Below are positions 63,973 through 64,000 of a DNA stretch of 64,000 bases, in pieces (position 1 is the stretch's first letter; the number at the start of each line of letters is the position of its first letter). Under the pieces are notes generated by a model. The model saw only the letters and a list, made by a program, of their open reading frames with translations, was not told where the DNA came from and did not search any database. Source of the stretch: Ramazzottius varieornatus (taxonomy: Eukaryota; Animalia; Tardigrada); assembly GCA_001949185.1 (NCBI GenBank), contig BDGG01000003.1, positions 190,679 to 254,678 on the forward strand, read 5' to 3'. The translations under genes were made by a program, and so were the position numbers.

Positions 63973-64000
63973 CTGCAAAGACCATCATCTGAATTTACGA

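Overview
Eukaryotic (animal) genomic DNA with compact introns and five assembly gaps. The gene content suggests a small-genome invertebrate such as a tardigrade, but this is inference only. Genes from left to right: a tandem cluster of five Ly6/three-finger (quiver/sleepless-like) GPI-type genes (1-27 kb); a bacterial-type GH43 glycosidase that carries spliceosomal introns and is now a pseudogene split by two transposon insertions; three chitin-binding (CBM14) genes; two rhodopsin-like GPCR pseudogenes; mitochondrial prolyl-tRNA synthetase; an SRPK kinase; tyrosine aminotransferase; an ANF-receptor-ectodomain membrane protein without a cyclase; and the 3' end of an LPP/zyxin LIM gene. DNA transposons are dense, and many have exact TIRs and TSDs: Tc4/Tc5-like, hAT with a nested mariner, two Tc1 elements and several MITEs. 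Most interesting: (1) a 4.8-kb CCCTAA...TTAGGG element with a 3-bp TSD and no recognisable transposase, carrying a chromodomain gene and a probably nested BEN-like gene; (2) an ~80-bp hairpin unit (AAGTGGCGCA..TGCGCCACTT) that recurs in introns of five unrelated genes; (3) the intron-bearing, probably horizontally acquired GH43 gene.
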